From: an uncultured Thermoleophilia bacterium
GTDB taxonomy: Bacteria; Actinomycetota; Thermoleophilia; Gaiellales; Gaiellaceae
NCBI GenBank assembly: GCA_963728095.1
Contig: CAVSIO010000002.1
Span: 405,338-469,337, forward strand
Length of the DNA: 64,000 bases
Reading direction: 5' to 3'
Part shown: positions 20,099-32,073 of the stretch, in pieces
Position numbering within the stretch: position 1 is the first letter of the stretch
How the letters are laid out: every line of letters starts with the position of its first letter
Translations under genes and position numbers: made by a program
The notes under the pieces: model-generated
What the model was told of the DNA's origin: nothing
Seen by the model: the letters and a program-made list of their open reading frames with translations, nothing else
Database searches by the model: none

Positions 20099-20651
20099 TC
20101 GTCGCCTCCCTTACGAGGTTCAGAAACAGCTCGTGGATGCGCGTGTCGTCGGTCAGCTCCGGGTGGAACGCGGCGACGAGGATGCGCCCCTCGCGCGCCA
20201 GCACCGGGTGGCCGTCGACCTCGGCGAGGATCTCGACGCCCGGCCCCGCCTCCTCGATCCACGGCGCGCGGATGAAGACCGCGCGCACCGGCTCGCCGCC
20301 GCGGTCGATGTCGAGGTCGGCCTCGAAGCTCCGCACCTGGCGGCCGAACGCGTTCCGCCGCACACGGAAGTCGCCGAGCCCGAGGTGGTCGCGATCGAGG
20401 ACGATCATCCCGGCGCACGTGCCGAAGATCGGCGCCGTGAAGCGCTGCAGCGCCTCGTCGAGCCCGTAGAGCCGCATCAGCCGCCCGATCGCGGTCGACT
20501 CGCCGCCCGGGATGATCAGGCCGTCGAGCCCGTCGAGCTGCTCCGGCAGCCGCACCTCGACCGGCTCGGCCCCGAGGCGCCGCAGCATCGCCGCGTGCTC
20601 GCGGAAGTTGCCCTGCACGGCGAGGACGCCGATCCGAAACGGCTTCTCCAC
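20085..20651 (-). CDS. pdxT: Pyridoxal 5'-phosphate synthase glutaminase subunit PdxT, intact
   Basis: GTG at 20651. [13 protein letters not shown]...[14 protein letters not shown]...[10 protein letters not shown]...AAFHPELT. Confidence 0.92.
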   Translation of the reverse strand: MEKPFRIGVLAVQGNFREHAAMLRRLGAEPVEVRLPEQLDGLDGLIIPGGESTAIGRLMRLYGLDEALQRFTAPIFGTCAGMIVLDRDHLGLGDFRVRRNAFGRQVRSFEADLDIDRGGEPVRAVFIRAPWIEEAGPGVEILAEVDGHPVLAREGRILVAAFHPELTDDTRIHELFLNLVREATSVRA

Positions 20652-20671
20652 GGGGCGGATTGTACGGGCGG

Positions 20672-21574
20672 CTAGGCCGTGCGCCGCCGCCCGGCGCGCA
20701 GCCCGAGCGTGACGAGCAGGAAGCCCGTGAACGCGAAGACGACGGACGGCACCCAGAGCTTCGGCGCGGACGAGCTCGAGCCGCCGAACGGGATGATCGA
20801 GCCGCCCGTCCACTCGGCGGCGAAGTGCGCCGACGCGAGCAGCAGCCCGACCGCCGCGAGCACCGCCCAGCTGGAGCGGCGGCTGCGTCGCGCGATCTCG
20901 ACGTAGCCGAGCGAGAGCACCGCGATCAACGCCCACTGCCAGTCGCTCGAGTGCCACCAGTAGAGGACGCTGCCGCCGATCAGCGCGCCGGCGACGAGAT
21001 GGAGCCAGAACGCGCCCGGCTCGTCGCTCGCGCCGCCGGCTGCGAGGTAGACGAGCCCGACCAGGAGCGTGACCACCGCCGACCAGGTGCCGCCGCCCGA
21101 GACGAGGTCGGTGACGAAGAACCAGCCGACGACGGCGTAGATCGAGACGAGCAGCGGGAAGCGGAAGCGGCGCCGCGTCGCGACGGCCGCGATCAGCACG
21201 AGCAGCTCGAGCGAGAGCCGCGCGACCGAGAAGCCGGCGAACGGCGACGAGGAGGACGAGGCGGCGACCGTGGACGGCGTGGGCGCGGCCGAGAGCCAGC
21301 CGAACCACGTCCAGAGCGCGCCGAGGAAGACGCCCCACGCGATCACCGACACGAACGCGAACACGCCCGCCGCGATCCAGCGCTTGCGCCGGTCGAACGC
21401 GTGTGCGATCCCGTTCAGGACGACCAGCACGAGCGCCGCCCAGCCCGCGTATGCCGCGTCGCCGTAGCTGCTCGACAGGTACGCGAGCGCCCCGAACGCG
21501 GAAAGCAGCACGGTGAACCCACCCGCGTAGAGCAGGAAGGACGACGTCCTCCAGGTCGGCTTGCGCTCGTCCAT
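20672..21574 (-). CDS. Polytopic integral membrane protein (about 300 aa) between pdxS and pdxT, function unknown
   Basis: ATG at 21574 ([24 protein letters not shown]). About 8 hydrophobic segments. Uninterrupted. Confidence 0.6.
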   Translation of the reverse strand: MDERKPTWRTSSFLLYAGGFTVLLSAFGALAYLSSSYGDAAYAGWAALVLVVLNGIAHAFDRRKRWIAAGVFAFVSVIAWGVFLGALWTWFGWLSAAPTPSTVAASSSSSPFAGFSVARLSLELLVLIAAVATRRRFRFPLLVSIYAVVGWFFVTDLVSGGGTWSAVVTLLVGLVYLAAGGASDEPGAFWLHLVAGALIGGSVLYWWHSSDWQWALIAVLSLGYVEIARRSRRSSWAVLAAVGLLLASAHFAAEWTGGSIIPFGGSSSSAPKLWVPSVVFAFTGFLLVTLGLRAGRRRTA

Positions 21575-21606
21575 CCGGCGGATCTTCCTCCGCCGGCCGG
21601 ACGGAG

Positions 21607-22492
21607 CTACCAGCCGCGCGTCTCGAGCAGCTCGCTCGGGTCGAGCGAGGCCGTCGAGATGCCGACCATCGGCTCGCCGAGGCCGGCGGAGACGCGCGCG
21701 AGGATCTCCGCGTCCTGGTAGTGCGTCGTCGCCTCGACGATCGCCTTCGCGCGCCGCTCGGGGTCGCCCGACTTGAAGATGCCGGAGCCGACGAAGACGC
21801 CGTCCGCGCCGAGCTGCATGCAGAGCGACGCGTCGGCCGGCGTGGCGATCCCGCCCGCGGTGAAGGTGACGACCGGCAGCCGTCCGTGCTCGGCCACCCA
21901 GCGGACGAGCTCGTACGGGGCCTGGAGCTTCTTGGCCTCGGCGTACAGCTCCTCCTCGGCCATCGCCGTCAGCTTGCGCATGTGCCCGAAGACGGAGCGC
22001 ATGTGCGTGACCGCGTTGACGATGTCGCCCGTGCCCGCCTCGCCCTTCGTGCGGATCATCGCCGCGCCCTCCCCGAGGCGCCGCAGCGCCTCGCCGAGGT
22101 TCGTCGCGCCGCAGACGAACGGCACCGTGAACGCCCACTTGTCCACGTGGTGCTCGAGGTCGGCGGGCGTCAGCACCTCGGACTCGTCGATGTAGTCGCA
22201 CCTCGAGCGCCTGGAGGATCTGCGCCTCGGCGAAGTGGCCGATCCGGCACTTCGCCATCACCGGGATCGTGACGGCCTCCTGGATCTCCCGGATCTTCTC
22301 CGGGTCGGACATGCGCGCGACGCCTCCGTCGCGGCGGATGTCGGCGGGGACGCGCTCGAGCGCCATCACCGCGACCGCGCCGGACGCCTCGGCGATCTTC
22401 GCCTGCTCGGCGTCGACGACGTCCATGATCACCCCGCCCTTGAGCATCTCGGCGAGGCCGCTCTTCACGCGCATCGTCCCGTATTCGGCCAT
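21607..22492 (-). CDS. pdxS: Pyridoxal 5'-phosphate synthase lyase subunit PdxS, one frame break near 22190
   Basis: The N-terminus [64 protein letters not shown] is in the ORF 20672..22492 frame. The rest ([30 protein letters not shown]..) is in ORF 21607..22176. Confidence 0.93.
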
Positions 22493-22513
22493 GCCCTCAG
22501 TGTAGCCGCGCCG

Positions 22514-22940
22514 CTACGGCGCGAGGCACGAGACGACGTCGTCGAGCTGCTGCTGCTTCGGGGTCACCGTCCAGACGAGCACCGCGTTGCCCCTCGACTC
22601 ATGATGTCCGGACATGTGCGGCTTCAGCGCCCGCGGCGCGTGCCGCCGGAACGCCTGCTCGGTGTCTCTCGCGGCGGCCACGTTCTGCGCGAAGGCGATC
22701 GTGAGCACGTTCTCGTCCGTCGTCCGCGCTGCAGGCCGCCGTGGCCGGCCGCGCCGGCGATCAGGCCGATCTTGAACGGGTCGGTGGTCAGCTGCCGGAA
22801 GCCCTTCTCCTTGAGACAGGGCGCCGTGGCCTTCGCCGTGTAGACGGGGCTCCGGAGCCAGGGCCGGCGCCGCCGCAGCCGGCGAGGAGCAGGCCGAGCG
22901 AGGCGAGCAGTGCGAGCGCGGCGGGGACGCGACGGGTCAT
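22514..22940 (-). CDS. Lipoprotein of unknown function, 2 frame breaks
   Basis: ATG at 22940. [24 protein letters not shown] contains a lipobox (LAGC). The body pieces [32 protein letters not shown] and [21 protein letters not shown]...[20 protein letters not shown] lie in two other frames. Confidence 0.55.
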
Positions 22941-22990
22941 GCGGCGACTGTAGCGACGGCGCGCGACGATCCGGTGGAAGAATCGCGGCC

Positions 22991-24017
22991 GTGGACCCCT
23001 GGGCCCCCGACACGGCAGGCCGCTTCGACGAGCACGAGCTCGAGAGCGCCGCGCTGCGGGGAAACGCGCTCGGCGACCCGCACCTGCGGCCGCTCTGGGT
23101 CTACGTCCCGCCGGCCTACGACGCGGAGCCGGAGCGGCGGTTCCCGGCGCTCTACCTGATCCAGGGCCACACCGGCCAGATCGACATGTGGCGGAACCGC
23201 TCCGCCTTCCGCCCGACGGTGCCGGAGCTCGTCGACCGGCTGTTCGCGGAGGAGGGCTGCCCGCCGGCGCTCGTCGTCTTCGTGGACGCGTGGACGTCGT
23301 ACGGCGGCTCCCAGTTCCTCGACTCGCCGGCGGTCGGCCGCTACCACACGTACCTCTGCGACGAGGTCGTCCCGTTCGTCGACGAGCGCTACCGGACGCT
23401 CGCAGGCGCGACCCACCGCGGCATCGCGGGGAAGTCGAGCGGCGGCTACGGCGCGATGGTGACGCCGATGCTCCGGCCGGACCTCTTCGGCGGGCTCGCC
23501 ATCGCACGCCGGCGACGCGCTGTTCGAGCACTGCTACCTGCCCGACTTCCGCGAGGCCGTGCGGGCGCTGCGCGACGCGTACGACGGCTCGTGCGACGCG
23601 CTTCTGGGAGGACTTCCGCTCGCGGCCCGCGTTCACGAAGGGCACCGACTTCCCGCTCCTCAACACCTGGGCGATGGCCGCCTGCTACTCGGGGAACGAG
23701 GACGGCTCGGTCGAGCTGCCGTTCGAGCCGGAGACCGGGAAGCTGCGCGACGACGTGTGGCAGCGCTGGCTCGCATGGGATCCGGTGCGGATGCGCCGAG
23801 CGGCACGCGGACGCGCTGCGCGGCCTGCGCGCCGTCTACCTCGACGCCGGGCAGGCGCGACGAGTTCTTCCTCGACGTCGGCGCGGAGGCGTTCCGCCGC
23901 GAGCTGGAGCGGCTCGGCGTGACCGAGGTCTTCTTCGAGCTGTTCGACGGGACGCACAGCTCGATCGAGTACCGCTACCCGCTCGCGCTGCGTTACCTCG
24001 CGGAGCGGCTTCAGTGA
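22991..24017 (+). CDS. Esterase family protein (enterochelin-esterase / esterase D-like alpha/beta hydrolase), 2-3 frame breaks
   Basis: GTG at 22991. [30 protein letters not shown]; nucleophile elbow [12 protein letters not shown]. The later parts lie in the ORF 23188..23922 and 23559..24017 frames, ending ...[15 protein letters not shown]. Confidence 0.7.
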
Positions 24018-24040
24018 CCGTCCACCGGAAGGAGTCAGTG

Positions 24041-24503
24041 ATGGAGAGCAGCCACCGTCTCGCCCGCGCGTCCGCCCGGCCGAGGAGCTACGCGAGCGAG
24101 TTCAAGCAGTTCCTGCTCCGCGGCAACGTCGTCGACCTCGCGGTCGGCATCGTCATCGGCGTCGCGTTCGGGGCCGTCGTCACCGCGCTCGTCGCCGACC
24201 TGCTGACGCCGCTCGATCGCAGCGATCTTCGGCAGCCACGACTTCGGCGCGCTGTCGTTCACGATCCACGGCAGCCGCTTCCTCTACGGCGACTTCGTCA
24301 ACGCGCTGATCGCGTTCGTGACGATCGCGGCCACGGTCTTCTTCGTCGTCGTCCGGCCGGTGAACGCGCTGATGGCGCGGCGGAAGACGGAGCCACCGGT
24401 GGACGAGACGACCCGGCAGTGCCCGGAATGCCTGAGCGAGATCCCGCGCGAGGCGCGCCGGTGCGCGTTCTGCACCGCACAGATCGGGGCGGCAGCCGAG
24501 TAG
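24041..24503 (+). CDS. mscL: Large-conductance mechanosensitive channel MscL with a C-terminal CxxC...CxxC zinc-ribbon tail; one inserted base near 24215
   Basis: ATG at 24041 preceded by [46 protein letters not shown], then (frame +1) IAAIFG...[24 protein letters not shown]...[19 protein letters not shown]. The 463-nt length is consistent with a 1-nt insertion. Confidence 0.88.
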
Positions 24504-24577
24504 GCGGGCGACCCGGCGAGGCGCTCCACGACCGGCGGCCGTGCTCACACCGCCGATCCCGGGGTTACCCTGCGCGC

Positions 24578-25208
24578 GTGAAGACCATCCTCCCCGCGGC
24601 CCTCGCGGCACTCTCGCTCGCCGCCCCCGCAGCGGCCGCGCCCGACCCGGCGCTGCTCCATCCCGCGAAGCTCCACGCGAAGGCGCCCGCCGTCTTCAAG
24701 GTCCGCTTCGCGACGACGAAGGGCGCGTTCGTCGTCTCCGTCCACCGCGCGTGGGCGCCGCGCGGCGCCGACCGCTTCTACAACCTCGTCCGCGCCCGCT
24801 TCTACGACGGGAACCGGCTCTTCCGCGTCGTGCCCGGCTTCGTCGTCCAGTTCGGGATCAGCCCCTCGCCGACGGTCGTCGGAGGCGTGGCAGAACGCGA
24901 CGATCGAGGACGACCCCGTGCGTCACACGAACGCCCGCGGAACGGTCAGCTTCGCCGCGACCGGGGCGCCGAACTCGCGGACGACCCAGGTCTTCGTCAA
25001 CCTCGCGAGCAACGCGTTCCTCGACCCGCAGCGCTTCGCGCCGTTCGCGCAGGTGACGAGCGGCATGAAGGTGCTCGGGAAGCTCTACCGCGGCTACGGC
25101 GAGCAGCCGTCCTCCGCACAGGGGCAGATGTCCACGCAGGGCGACGCCTTCGTCCGCACGGCGTTCCCGAAGCTCGACCGGATCCTCACGGCCGGAGTCG
25201 TCCGCTGA
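24578..25208 (+). CDS. Secreted cyclophilin-type peptidyl-prolyl cis-trans isomerase, one frame break near 24890
   Basis: GTG at 24578. Signal [21 protein letters not shown]. Motifs [20 protein letters not shown] and, in the ORF 24918..25208 frame, [26 protein letters not shown]. Confidence 0.85.
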
Positions 25209-25939
25209 AGGGACTGGCGGGCAAGCGGGTCGTCGTCACCGGCGGCACGAGCGGGATCGGCGAGGCGACGAGCCGGCGCTTCGCCGAGGAGGGCGCTCGT
25301 GTCGTGGCGCTGGCCGTCGGCGAGCGCGAGGTCGAGACGGCGCACGAGCGCATCGCGGGGCTCGAGGCGGCCCTGCTCTGCGACGTCGCCGACGCGGCGC
25401 AGGTGGAGCGGGCGTTCGGGCGGGTGGACGACCTGCTCGGCGGCGTGGACGTGCTCGTCGCGAACGCGGGCATCTCCGTCCGGGCGCCCTTCCTCGAGAT
25501 CCGCGAGGAGGACTGGCGGCGCGTCCTCGACGTGAACCTCACCGGCGTCTTCCTCTGCGCCCAGCAGGCGGCGCGGCGGATGGTGGACGCGGGCGGCGGC
25601 ACGATCCTGATGACGGCCTCGACGAACGGGCTCTCCGGGCACCCGTTCTACGCCGACTACAACGCGTCGAAAGCGGGCGTGATCCTGCTCGCGCGGACGA
25701 TGGCGCTCGAGCTCGCGCCGGCGGTGCGCGTGAACGCGGTCTGCCCCGGCTACGTGCTGACGCCGATGCAGCAGGCGGAGTACACGCCCGAGCTGCTCGC
25801 CGAGGTGGACGCGTCGATCCCGCTCGGCCGCCACGCCCGCCCGGAGGAGGTCGCCGCGCTCTTCGCCTTCCTCGCGAGCGAGGAGAGCGCGTACCTCACG
25901 GGCACGACGATCTCGATCGACGGCGGCGAGACCGCATAG
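25205..25939 (+). CDS. SDR family oxidoreductase; start codon unclear (only a CTG is available in frame)
   Basis: [18 protein letters not shown] (TGxxxGxG), NAG, catalytic YADYNASK, and C-terminus [15 protein letters not shown]. Uninterrupted from 25205. CTG 25205 overlaps the PPIase stop (CTGA). Confidence 0.85.
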   Translation: MKGLAGKRVVVTGGTSGIGEATSRRFAEEGARVVALAVGEREVETAHERIAGLEAALLCDVADAAQVERAFGRVDDLLGGVDVLVANAGISVRAPFLEIREEDWRRVLDVNLTGVFLCAQQAARRMVDAGGGTILMTASTNGLSGHPFYADYNASKAGVILLARTMALELAPAVRVNAVCPGYVLTPMQQAEYTPELLAEVDASIPLGRHARPEEVAALFAFLASEESAYLTGTTISIDGGETA

Positions 25940-25979
25940 CCGCGCGAGAGCGACCGTAGGCTCGCGCCGTCCGGCCACG

Positions 25980-27116
25980 TCACGAGGCAGCCGCCTGCTC
26001 GGGAAGGGCCGGGCCGTCGCACGGCAGCACGATCCGGAACGTCGTTCCTCGCCCGACGGCGCTCTCGACGTCTATCCGCCCGGCGTAGAACTCGACGATG
26101 CGCGCCACGGTCGCGAGCCCGATTCCGGTGCCTCGACCGCGAGGCTTCGAGGTGTAGAACGGCTCGAAGAGGTGCGCGCGCGTGGCGGCGTCCATCCCGG
26201 ATCCGGTGTCCGCGACCGTGATCTCGACGGCGGTCTTGCCGGGTCCCAGCGCCCCGTCGGCCGCGCGCGTCCCGATCGTCAGCGTACCGCCGCCGGGCAT
26301 GGCGTCTCGCGCGTTGGCGGCGAGGTTGAGGAGCATCTGCTCGACGTGGCTCGGATCGAGTGTCGCCCGCGGAAGGCCCGGCCCGAGCGCGAGGTCGATG
26401 CCCACGTTCGCCTGCACGAGCTGCCGCAGGAGGACGACGTTCGAGACGATCTCTGCGTTCAGGTCGAGGGATCGCGGCGTGACGTCTTCCTGGCGGACGA
26501 ACATCATGACCTGCCTGACGAGCCGCGTGGCGGTGTCGCAGGCCGCGAGGGCGCTGGCGAGGAGGGCCGTCCGGCGGTCAGGGTCTTCCGACGTCTGCGC
26601 CATCGCCCCGAACCCGCGGATGGCGGTGAGCAGGTTGTTGAGGTCATGGGCCAGCCCGGTCGTCAGCTGGCCGACCGCTTCCATCTTCTCCAGCCCCCGT
26701 ACCTGCGCCTCGAGCCGGTAGGCGGCCGTGTTGTCCTGCGCCATCTCCAGCGCACCGATCACCTCGCCCCGGGGTCCGTGCAGGGGCGACACGACGAGCG
26801 CGACGTCGAGCTCCTCCCCGTCCGAGCGGAGCCGCGAGGCGCGGGCCCGCACCACCGTTTCGCCCTCGGCCACGCGGGCGAGGATCGCGTCGATGTCCCC
26901 ACGCTCCGAATCGGGCACGAGCATGCCGATCCCCTGCCCGAGCGCCTCCGCCTCGGAATACCCGTACAGCGCGGCCGCGGCGAGACTCCAGCTCGTGATC
27001 CGCCCGTCGAGCGTCTTGCCGACGACCGCATCCGTCGAGGCCGCGACGATCAGCGCCGCCGCCTCCTGCCGAACGGCGGCGACTTCCTCGAGAGAGCGTC
27101 CGTCGGACACGAGCAT
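25980..27116 (-). CDS. PAS-domain sensor histidine kinase (soluble), intact; no adjacent response regulator
   Basis: ATG at 27116 (MLVSDGRSLEE). PAS: DGRITSWSLAAAALYGYSEAEALG. H-box: LTTGLAHDLNNLLTAI. N-box: LLNLAANARDAM. G-boxes: DTGSGM and GTGIGLATV. Confidence 0.88.
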   Translation of the reverse strand: MLVSDGRSLEEVAAVRQEAAALIVAASTDAVVGKTLDGRITSWSLAAAALYGYSEAEALGQGIGMLVPDSERGDIDAILARVAEGETVVRARASRLRSDGEELDVALVVSPLHGPRGEVIGALEMAQDNTAAYRLEAQVRGLEKMEAVGQLTTGLAHDLNNLLTAIRGFGAMAQTSEDPDRRTALLASALAACDTATRLVRQVMMFVRQEDVTPRSLDLNAEIVSNVVLLRQLVQANVGIDLALGPGLPRATLDPSHVEQMLLNLAANARDAMPGGGTLTIGTRAADGALGPGKTAVEITVADTGSGMDAATRAHLFEPFYTSKPRGRGTGIGLATVARIVEFYAGRIDVESAVGRGTTFRIVLPCDGPALPEQAAAS

Positions 27117-27358
27117 CGCGGTCTCCACAACCTCGGAATGTCTCCGGCGAGGGCGACCCTGGCGAGTCGCGGCGGGACGTTCGCCGCCGTTGCGTCCCAG
27201 GCCGGCGTCCACACGGCTCGCGCCGTGTAGGACTAAAGTCAGCGTGCGGTCCGATAGGTGCCCCAAGCGGCCGATCCGCAAACGACGGCGGCGCTGGCCC
27301 GGGCCGCGGCGACGGTCGCGTGCATCGGGAGCGCGCCGCGTTTCAGTAGCATCGTGCC

Positions 27359-28026
27359 GTGCGCGAGTTGCGTCCGGGCCTGTGGCACTGGGAGGCACCG
27401 CACCCGCAGTGGCGGCCGTCCGAGCCGTGGAGCGAGAACGTGTCGTCCTACGCGATCGACGACGGGGAGCGGCTGCTGCTCTTCGATCCGCTGGCCGTGC
27501 CGAGCGAGCTCCGGGATCTCGCGGCCGGCCGCGAGACGGCGATCGTGCTCACCGCACCGTGGCATGAGCGCGACGCGCAGAGCCTGGTCGAGCGGCTCGG
27601 CGTGCCGGTCTACACGCCGCTGCCCGACACCGCGCAGTACCTCATGGACACGTACGGCATCACCGCCGAGCAGGCCGGCGAGGGCAGCCCCGACCTCGTC
27701 TGGCTGCTTCGCGAGGAGAAAGGCGAGGTACGCCCGTACTCGTCCGGCGAGCGGCTGCCGTTCGGTGCCGAGGTGTTCCCGGGCATAAGGCGAACGACAT
27801 CGTGCTCTGGGTCGAGAGCCAGTGTGCGGTGATCTCGGGAGACACGCTCGTCGAGTTCGGCCGGGGCCTCGAGATCAACGAGAGGTGGCTCCGCCCTGGC
27901 GTGACGCGCGAGGAGATCGCCGAGGGGCTGCGCCCGCTACTCGGACTGCAGGTCGAGCACGTGCTTGCGACGCACGGCGGGCCGACCGACCGGGCCAGCG
28001 CTCGAGCGCGCGCTGTCCTCCTCCTA
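27359..28026 (+). CDS. MBL-fold metallo-hydrolase-like protein, about 2 frame breaks
   Basis: MRELRPGLWHWEAPHPQW...RLLLFDPL...IVLTAPWHERD. It continues in ORF 27802..28080 (VLWVESQCAVISGDTLV...HVLATHGGP). The end is assigned to TAG 28024-28026. Confidence 0.6.
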
Positions 28027-28103
28027 GGACATTCCCGCTCGCCGGCGCGTGCGACGAGACCACGACGTGGTGTGGAGTGACGAACGCGCCTGGAGGCCAG
28101 GCG

Positions 28104-28862
28104 CTACGCCAGGCCGCGAGCCGTCCAGGCGCGCGCCGTCAGCGCGAACGGCGGATCGGGGAGCAGGGCCCGGCAGTGCTCGCGCAGCTGCGCTCGCCGT
28201 TCCGCATCGAGTCCGGCGACGTGGGAGCCTGCGGGCCCGACGCCGAGGGTGATCGGCTCCCACCACTCCTCGAAGCTCGGGTGCTCGACGCTCACCGACA
28301 GAGCCGTCTCCTCGATCCCGCGGAGTCCTGCAGACTCGAACAGCCGTGCCAGGTCGCCCTGGCGGGAGCCCGCTAGCCGAGACTCGCCCTCGACCTCGGG
28401 GTCGAGCTCACGCGCTGCCTCCCAGAACGGGCTGAGCGGTCCCTGACCGCCGGCGTGATCCCAGACGCAGGCGGCGACGACACCGTCCCGCCGGGTCACG
28501 CGCCTCATCTCCGCCAGTCCTGCGGCAGGGTCAGACATGAAGTGGACGACGAGTTGCGCGAGGGCCGCGTCGAACACCCGGTCGGGGAAAGGCAGTTGCT
28601 CTGCAGACGCCTGCTGCACGCTGACCGCCGGGTTGCGCGCTCGAGCAGCCTCTACGAACTGCTCGGAGGGATCGACGGCCGACACGGCGGCAGGCCCGAT
28701 TCGCTCGACCAACTCGGTCGTGAGCGCGCCGGGGCCGCAGCCGACGTCGAGCACTCGCTGACCGCCGCGCACCCCGGCGAGGTCGGCAAGCTGCCCCGAG
28801 AGCGGAACCGAGTACCGGCCCATGAAGCGGTCATACGCATCCGCAGTTACGGCGAAGCTCAC
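28104..28862 (-). CDS. Class I SAM-dependent methyltransferase, intact
   Basis: Motif I: [13 protein letters not shown]. Post-I: [27 protein letters not shown]. Confidence 0.88.
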   Translation of the reverse strand: MSFAVTADAYDRFMGRYSVPLSGQLADLAGVRGGQRVLDVGCGPGALTTELVERIGPAAVSAVDPSEQFVEAARARNPAVSVQQASAEQLPFPDRVFDAALAQLVVHFMSDPAAGLAEMRRVTRRDGVVAACVWDHAGGQGPLSPFWEAARELDPEVEGESRLAGSRQGDLARLFESAGLRGIEETALSVSVEHPSFEEWWEPITLGVGPAGSHVAGLDAERRAQLREHCRALLPDPPFALTARAWTARGLA

Positions 28863-28922
28863 CGGCGCATCTTCGCTCCCGCACGCCGGGAAACAAAGCG
28901 ACCGCTACCCGATCGCCGTCGG

Positions 28923-29573
28923 CTACGCCGAGAGGCCGACCGGGCAGGTAACGCCGGTGCCGCCGAGGCCGCAGTAGCCGTTCGGGTTCTTCGCGAGGTA
29001 CTGCTGGTGGTACTCCTCGGCGTAGTAGAACGGCCCCGCCTCGGCGATCTCGGTCGTGATCTCGCCGTAGCCCGCCGCGCGCGAGCCGCGCCTGGAACGC
29101 GGCGCGCGACGCCTCCGCGGCGCTCCCGCTGCGCCTCGGTCGTCCAGTAGATCGCCGAGCGGTACTGCGTGCCGACGTCGTTGCCCTGGCGCATGCCCTG
29201 CGTCGGGTCGTGGCTCTCCCAGAAGAGCCGCAGCAGCTCCTCGTAGGACGTCTGCGCCGGGTCGAAGACGACGAGCACGGCCTCGGCGTGGCCGGTCCGC
29301 CCGGAGCAGACCTCCTCGTAGGTCGGGTTCGGCGTGTGGCCGCCCGCGTAGCCGACCGCGGTCGTGTAGACGCCCGGCGCGCGCCAGAAGACGCGCTCGG
29401 CGCCCCAGAAGCAGCCCAGGCCGAAGACGGCCTGCTCGAGCCCGTCGGGGAACGGCGGCTCGAGCGGCGTGCCGAGCACCTCGTGCCGCGCGGGCACGGG
29501 CATCGGCTCGTCGCGGCCCGGGCAGCGCCTCCTCGGGGCTCACCCGGCGGATGCTCTTCGGGAGGAGGAACAT
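28923..29573 (-). CDS. msrA: Peptide-methionine (S)-S-oxide reductase MsrA, about 2 frame breaks
   Basis: ATG at 29573 ([19 protein letters not shown]). Active site [36 protein letters not shown]. The C-terminal [15 protein letters not shown] lies in another frame. Confidence 0.9.
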   Translation of the reverse strand: MFLLPKSIRRVSPEEALPGPRRADARARAARGARHAARAAVPRRARAGRLRPGLLLGRRARLLARAGRLHDRGRLRGRPHAEPDLRGGLLRADRPRRGRARRLRPGADVLRGAAAALLGEPRPDAGHAPGQRRRHAVPLGDLLDDRGAAGAPRRRRAPRSRRGSRAAGYGEITTEIAEAGPFYYAEEYHQQYLAKNPNGYCGLGGTGVTCPVGLSA

Positions 29574-29577
29574 GCCG

Positions 29578-32073
29578 TCAGGGTACCCCCGCGGGGCAGG
29601 CTGCGCGCCCGGCCCGGCCGGCGCACGGTCTTCGCGGCCTCGACGAGCGCGAACGGCACGAGCGCGAGCGCCGCCGCCGCCAGCGCCTCGCGCGGGCCGA
29701 GCGCGACCGTGGCGAGCGCCTCGTGCGTCGCCGGCAGGTAGACGGTCGCGGCGACGACGGCGGCCGACGCGGCGACGCTCCAGAGCAGCCACGGGTTGCG
29801 CGGCAGCCGCCAGGCCTGCGCCGTGACCGAGCGCATCCCGAAGACGAGCACGAGCTCCGAGAGGGCAAGCGTGGCGAAGGCCATCGTCTGCTCGACGCCG
29901 CCGCCGAACGCGCGGCCGAGCGACGAACGAGGCGAGCGTGACCCCGCCGACGGCGAGCCCGATCAGCCCGAGGGCGAGCCAGTCCGCCGGCCGAACAGCC
30001 GGTCGCCGTGCCGCGGCGGCGACAGCATCGTCGCCGGCTCGGCCGGGTCCTGCGCGAGCGCGACCGCCGGGAGCCCGTCGGTGACGAGGTTGACCAGCAG
30101 CACCTGCACGACGGCGAGCGGCGGCCCGAGTCCCGCGCCGACCGCTGCGGCGAAGACGAGCACCTCGCCGAGGTTGGCCGAGAGAAGGAACGCGACGAAC
30201 TTGCGGATGTTGTCGCCGATCCGGCGTCCCTCCGCGACGGCGGCGACGATCGTCGCGAAGTCGTCGTCGGTGAGGACGATCGCGGACGCCTCGCGCGCGG
30301 CCTCGGTGCCGTCCCTGCCCATCGCGACGCCGACGTCGGCGCGCCGCAGCGCCGGGCGCGTCGTTGACGCCGTCGCCCGTGACGGCGACGACCTCCCCGG
30401 CCTCCTGGAGCGCCGTCACGAGCGCCAGCTTGTCGGCCGGCGTCGCGCGCGCGATCACCGCGTCGTCCGCGAGACCGAGCGCCCGGCCGATCGTGCGCGC
30501 CGTCGCCGGGATGGTCGCCGGTCAGCATCCGGACGGAGATGCCGGCGAGGCCCGCGGCGGCGACGGCCTCCACCGCGGTCTCCCGCAGCGGGTCGTGAAA
30601 TGCGATCGCTCCGACGAGCCCACCGCCGCGCTCCACCGACTCGTCGAGCGCGTCCTCCTCGTCGAGCGGGCGCGCCGCGACGACGAGCACGCGATAGCCC
30701 TCCGCCGCGCGTTCGGCGGCCGTCCCGAGCAGCGGGTGCCCGGACGCCCCGGCCACCTCCGCGACGAGTTCCGGCGCGCCCTTCGTGTAGGCGACGCGGC
30801 GCTCGTCGTCCGCCCAGACGAGCGTCATCCGCTTGCGGTCGGAGTCGAACGGCAGCTCGTGGACGAGCTCGAGCGCGCCGGCGAGGTCCTCCGGCGAGAG
30901 CCCGTGCTCCACCGCCGAGCGCAGGAGCGCCACCTCGACCGGGTCGCCCGCGAACCCGCCGTCGCCGCAGCGCGGCGTCGAGGCGAGCGCCGCCGCCTCG
31001 AGCAGGGCGCGCTCGTCGAGCCCCGGCGCGGGCAGCAGCTCCGCGACCCGGATCCGGTTCTGGGTCAGCGTGCCCGTCTTGTCCGTGCAGATCACCGTCG
31101 TCTCGCCGAGCGTCTCGATCGCGGCGAGCCGGCGGACGATCGCGCCGCGGCGGGCCATCGCGCGGGCGCCGAGAGCGAGCGCGGCCGTGACGGTGGCGGC
31201 GAGGCCCTCGGGAACCGCGGCCACGGCGACCGCGACCGCGGTCAGGAACGCCGCGTGCAGCGGCTCGCCGCGCAGGAGCATGACCCCGCCGAGCGCGAGC
31301 GTGATCGCCACCCCGAGCACGACCATCTGCCGCGCGAGGCGGCCGAGCCGCTGCGTGAGCGGCGTCGGCGGCGGCTTCGCGCCCGCCGCGAGCACCTCGA
31401 TCCGCCCGAGCTCCGTCCGGCTCGCGGTGGCGGAGACGACGCCGCGGCCGCGGCCGCGCGTGACGCCGCTGCCCGCGTAGAGCATCGACGTCCGCTCGGC
31501 GAGCGGCGTCTCGGCGGCGTTCGGCTCGGTGCGCTTGGTCACCGGCAGCGACTCGCCCGTGAGCGCCGACTCGTCCACCTCGAGCGAGCGCGCCTCGAGG
31601 ACGCGTGCGTCCGCGGGCACGCGGTCGCCCTCGCCGACGACCACGACGTCGCCGGGCACGACCTCCTCGGCGGGAACGACGCTTTCCACCCCGTCGCGGA
31701 CGACGAGCGCCGTGCGCGTGAACGCCTGCGAGAGCGCCCGCACCGCCCGCTCGGCGCCTGCCTCCTGCCAGAAGCCGAGCACGCCGTTGAGGACGAGGAT
31801 CGCCCCGATCGCCGCGCCCTCGACGGCGTCGCCGATCGCGACCGAGATCGCGGTCGCCGCGAGCAACAGCCCGACGAGCGGGTCGAGCAGCTGGTTCAGC
31901 GCGAGCCGCAGATAGGGCGGCCTGCGCACCGCGCGCGGCCGGTTCGGCCCGTAGCGCGCGAGCCGCTCGGCCGCGTCGGCGGCGGAGAGCCCCCGCTCCG
32001 GATCCGTGCCGAGCGCCGCGGCCGCCGCCCGCGCGTCGAGCGCGTGCGCGGGGCGCTCCTGCGCCTCGGTCAT
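29578..32073 (-). CDS. Cation-transporting P-type ATPase (P2-type, Ca2+/CtpF-like), at least 3 frame breaks in the C-terminal third
   Basis: [13 protein letters not shown]... Motifs: TGES; PEGL; phosphorylation site [12 protein letters not shown]; MLTGDHP; [12 protein letters not shown] (ORF 28923..30458 frame); TM segments in ORFs 29963..30322 and 29540..29884. Confidence 0.9.
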   Translation of the reverse strand: MTEAQERPAHALDARAAAAALGTDPERGLSAADAAERLARYGPNRPRAVRRPPYLRLALNQLLDPLVGLLLAATAISVAIGDAVEGAAIGAILVLNGVLGFWQEAGAERAVRALSQAFTRTALVVRDGVESVVPAEEVVPGDVVVVGEGDRVPADARVLEARSLEVDESALTGESLPVTKRTEPNAAETPLAERTSMLYAGSGVTRGRGRGVVSATASRTELGRIEVLAAGAKPPPTPLTQRLGRLARQMVVLGVAITLALGGVMLLRGEPLHAAFLTAVAVAVAAVPEGLAATVTAALALGARAMARRGAIVRRLAAIETLGETTVICTDKTGTLTQNRIRVAELLPAPGLDERALLEAAALASTPRCGDGGFAGDPVEVALLRSAVEHGLSPEDLAGALELVHELPFDSDRKRMTLVWADDERRVAYTKGAPELVAEVAGASGHPLLGTAAERAAEGYRVLVVAARPLDEEDALDESVERGGGLVGAIAFHDPLRETAVEAVAAAGLAGISVRMLTGDHPGDGAHDRPGARSRGRRGDRARDAGRQAGARDGAPGGRGGRRRHGRRRQRRARRCGAPTSASRWAGTAPRPRARRPRSSSPTTTSRRSSPPSRRDAGSATTSASSSRSFSRPTSARCSSSPQRSARDSGRRSPSCRCCWSTSSPTGSRRSRSRRTRPSRRRCCRRRGTATGCSAGGLARPRADRARRRRGHARLVRRSAARSAAASSRRWPSPRLPSRSSCSSSGCARSRRRPGGCRATRGCSGASPRRPPSSPRPSTCRRRTRRSPRSRSARARRWRRRRSRSCRSRSSRPRRPCAGRAGRAACPAGVP

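Noticed and set aside
25205-25216. SDR gene without an ATG/GTG/TTG start (CTG overlapping the PPIase TGA as CTGA)
   Set aside because: This could be a rare CTG initiation, but a single substitution or indel error at the junction would equally explain it. It is noted in the feature and not promoted to a finding.
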